Shown: positions 63,478 through 64,000 of the stretch, in pieces
Position numbering within the stretch: position 1 is the stretch's first letter
Layout of the letters: every line of letters starts with the position of its first letter
Assembly: GCF_963921235.1 (NCBI RefSeq)
Contig: NC_086125.1
Coordinates: 10,540,001-10,604,000 of the forward strand
Origin: Mobula hypostoma
Taxonomy: Eukaryota
Direction: 5' to 3'
Length of the DNA: 64,000 bases
The notes under the pieces: generated by a model
Databases searched by the model: none
Seen by the model: only the letters and a program-made list of their open reading frames with translations
What the model was told of the DNA's origin: nothing
Made by a program: the position numbers and the translations under genes

Positions 63478-64000
63478 CTCCTCCAAGAGGACCACAAACC
63501 TGTCGTAGGGTCGGAGGCTTGTGTGCCTCAATGACCTGAAGGGTTATGTTGGCTGGAGGTAGGTACAAAGCCCTACCAAGAGCTTCGTACTCTTGGTAGG
63601 GTCACCCATGCCAAACAGGTCAAAGGGGAGAGGTCAGACTAAGATTGGTCCACTGGTCCTCCAGGTTCAGGGGTTTAGCTCAGGGCTAACAACCCTGATT
63701 GATCAAAAAATCTGTTACAGAAGCAGCAATGAAGAAGCCTTTTATATCTGTGTGTGATGGTATTGCTGAGTCTCCAACCGGGATTTGACCATTGAAAACC
63801 AAGCCGATGCTACTGGCACGATGAATGAAGCCCTGAACACCGCCAAGACCAGGCCACGATCATCATGAGGAAATGTTGGAGGTGGACTGGCACGTGATGA
63901 GGAGAGAGGCCAACTCCGTCATCAAGGCTGCACTTCACTGGACCCCTGAGGGGCAGAGGAAACATGGGAGACCAAAGGCAACTTAGTGCCGTAGAGAAGA
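63478..64000 (+). mobile_element. RTE-like repeat (related copies at 55850-56250 plus and 31130-31440 minus)
   Basis: Shared GGTCACCCATGCCAAACAGGTCAAAGGG; WTPEG.RK.GRPK-like text near 63940. Confidence 0.55.

Overview
Vertebrate genomic DNA, not microbial. The repeat landscape (CR1, Rex1/Babar, Penelope-like elements and tRNA-derived SINEs) suggests a cartilaginous fish, probably a ray (inference). Two spliced genes lie head-to-head. On the minus strand is a complete PLPPR2-like gene with 7 coding exons (39600 to 23698). On the plus strand are the first four coding exons of a paralemmin, probably PALM3 (53788-63429), which continues past the window. The rest is transposon-derived DNA, several minisatellites, two CpG-rich islands and two assembly gaps. 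The best leads are: (1) a young Penelope-derived subfamily inserting as 95-520 bp pieces centred on a minimal dimer-type hammerhead ribozyme, three with target-site duplications; (2) a PLPPR2 last exon readable in two frames through donors 16 nt apart, apparently matching human isoforms; (3) one interspersed repeat family carrying two different minisatellites at the same internal position, one a 2.7 kb CpG-dense 27-mer array; (4) a near-intact DD34E Tc1 element broken only by two TGA stops. Nearly all long ORFs in the supplied track are repeat artefacts. Homology calls come from recalled family sequences; no searches were run.
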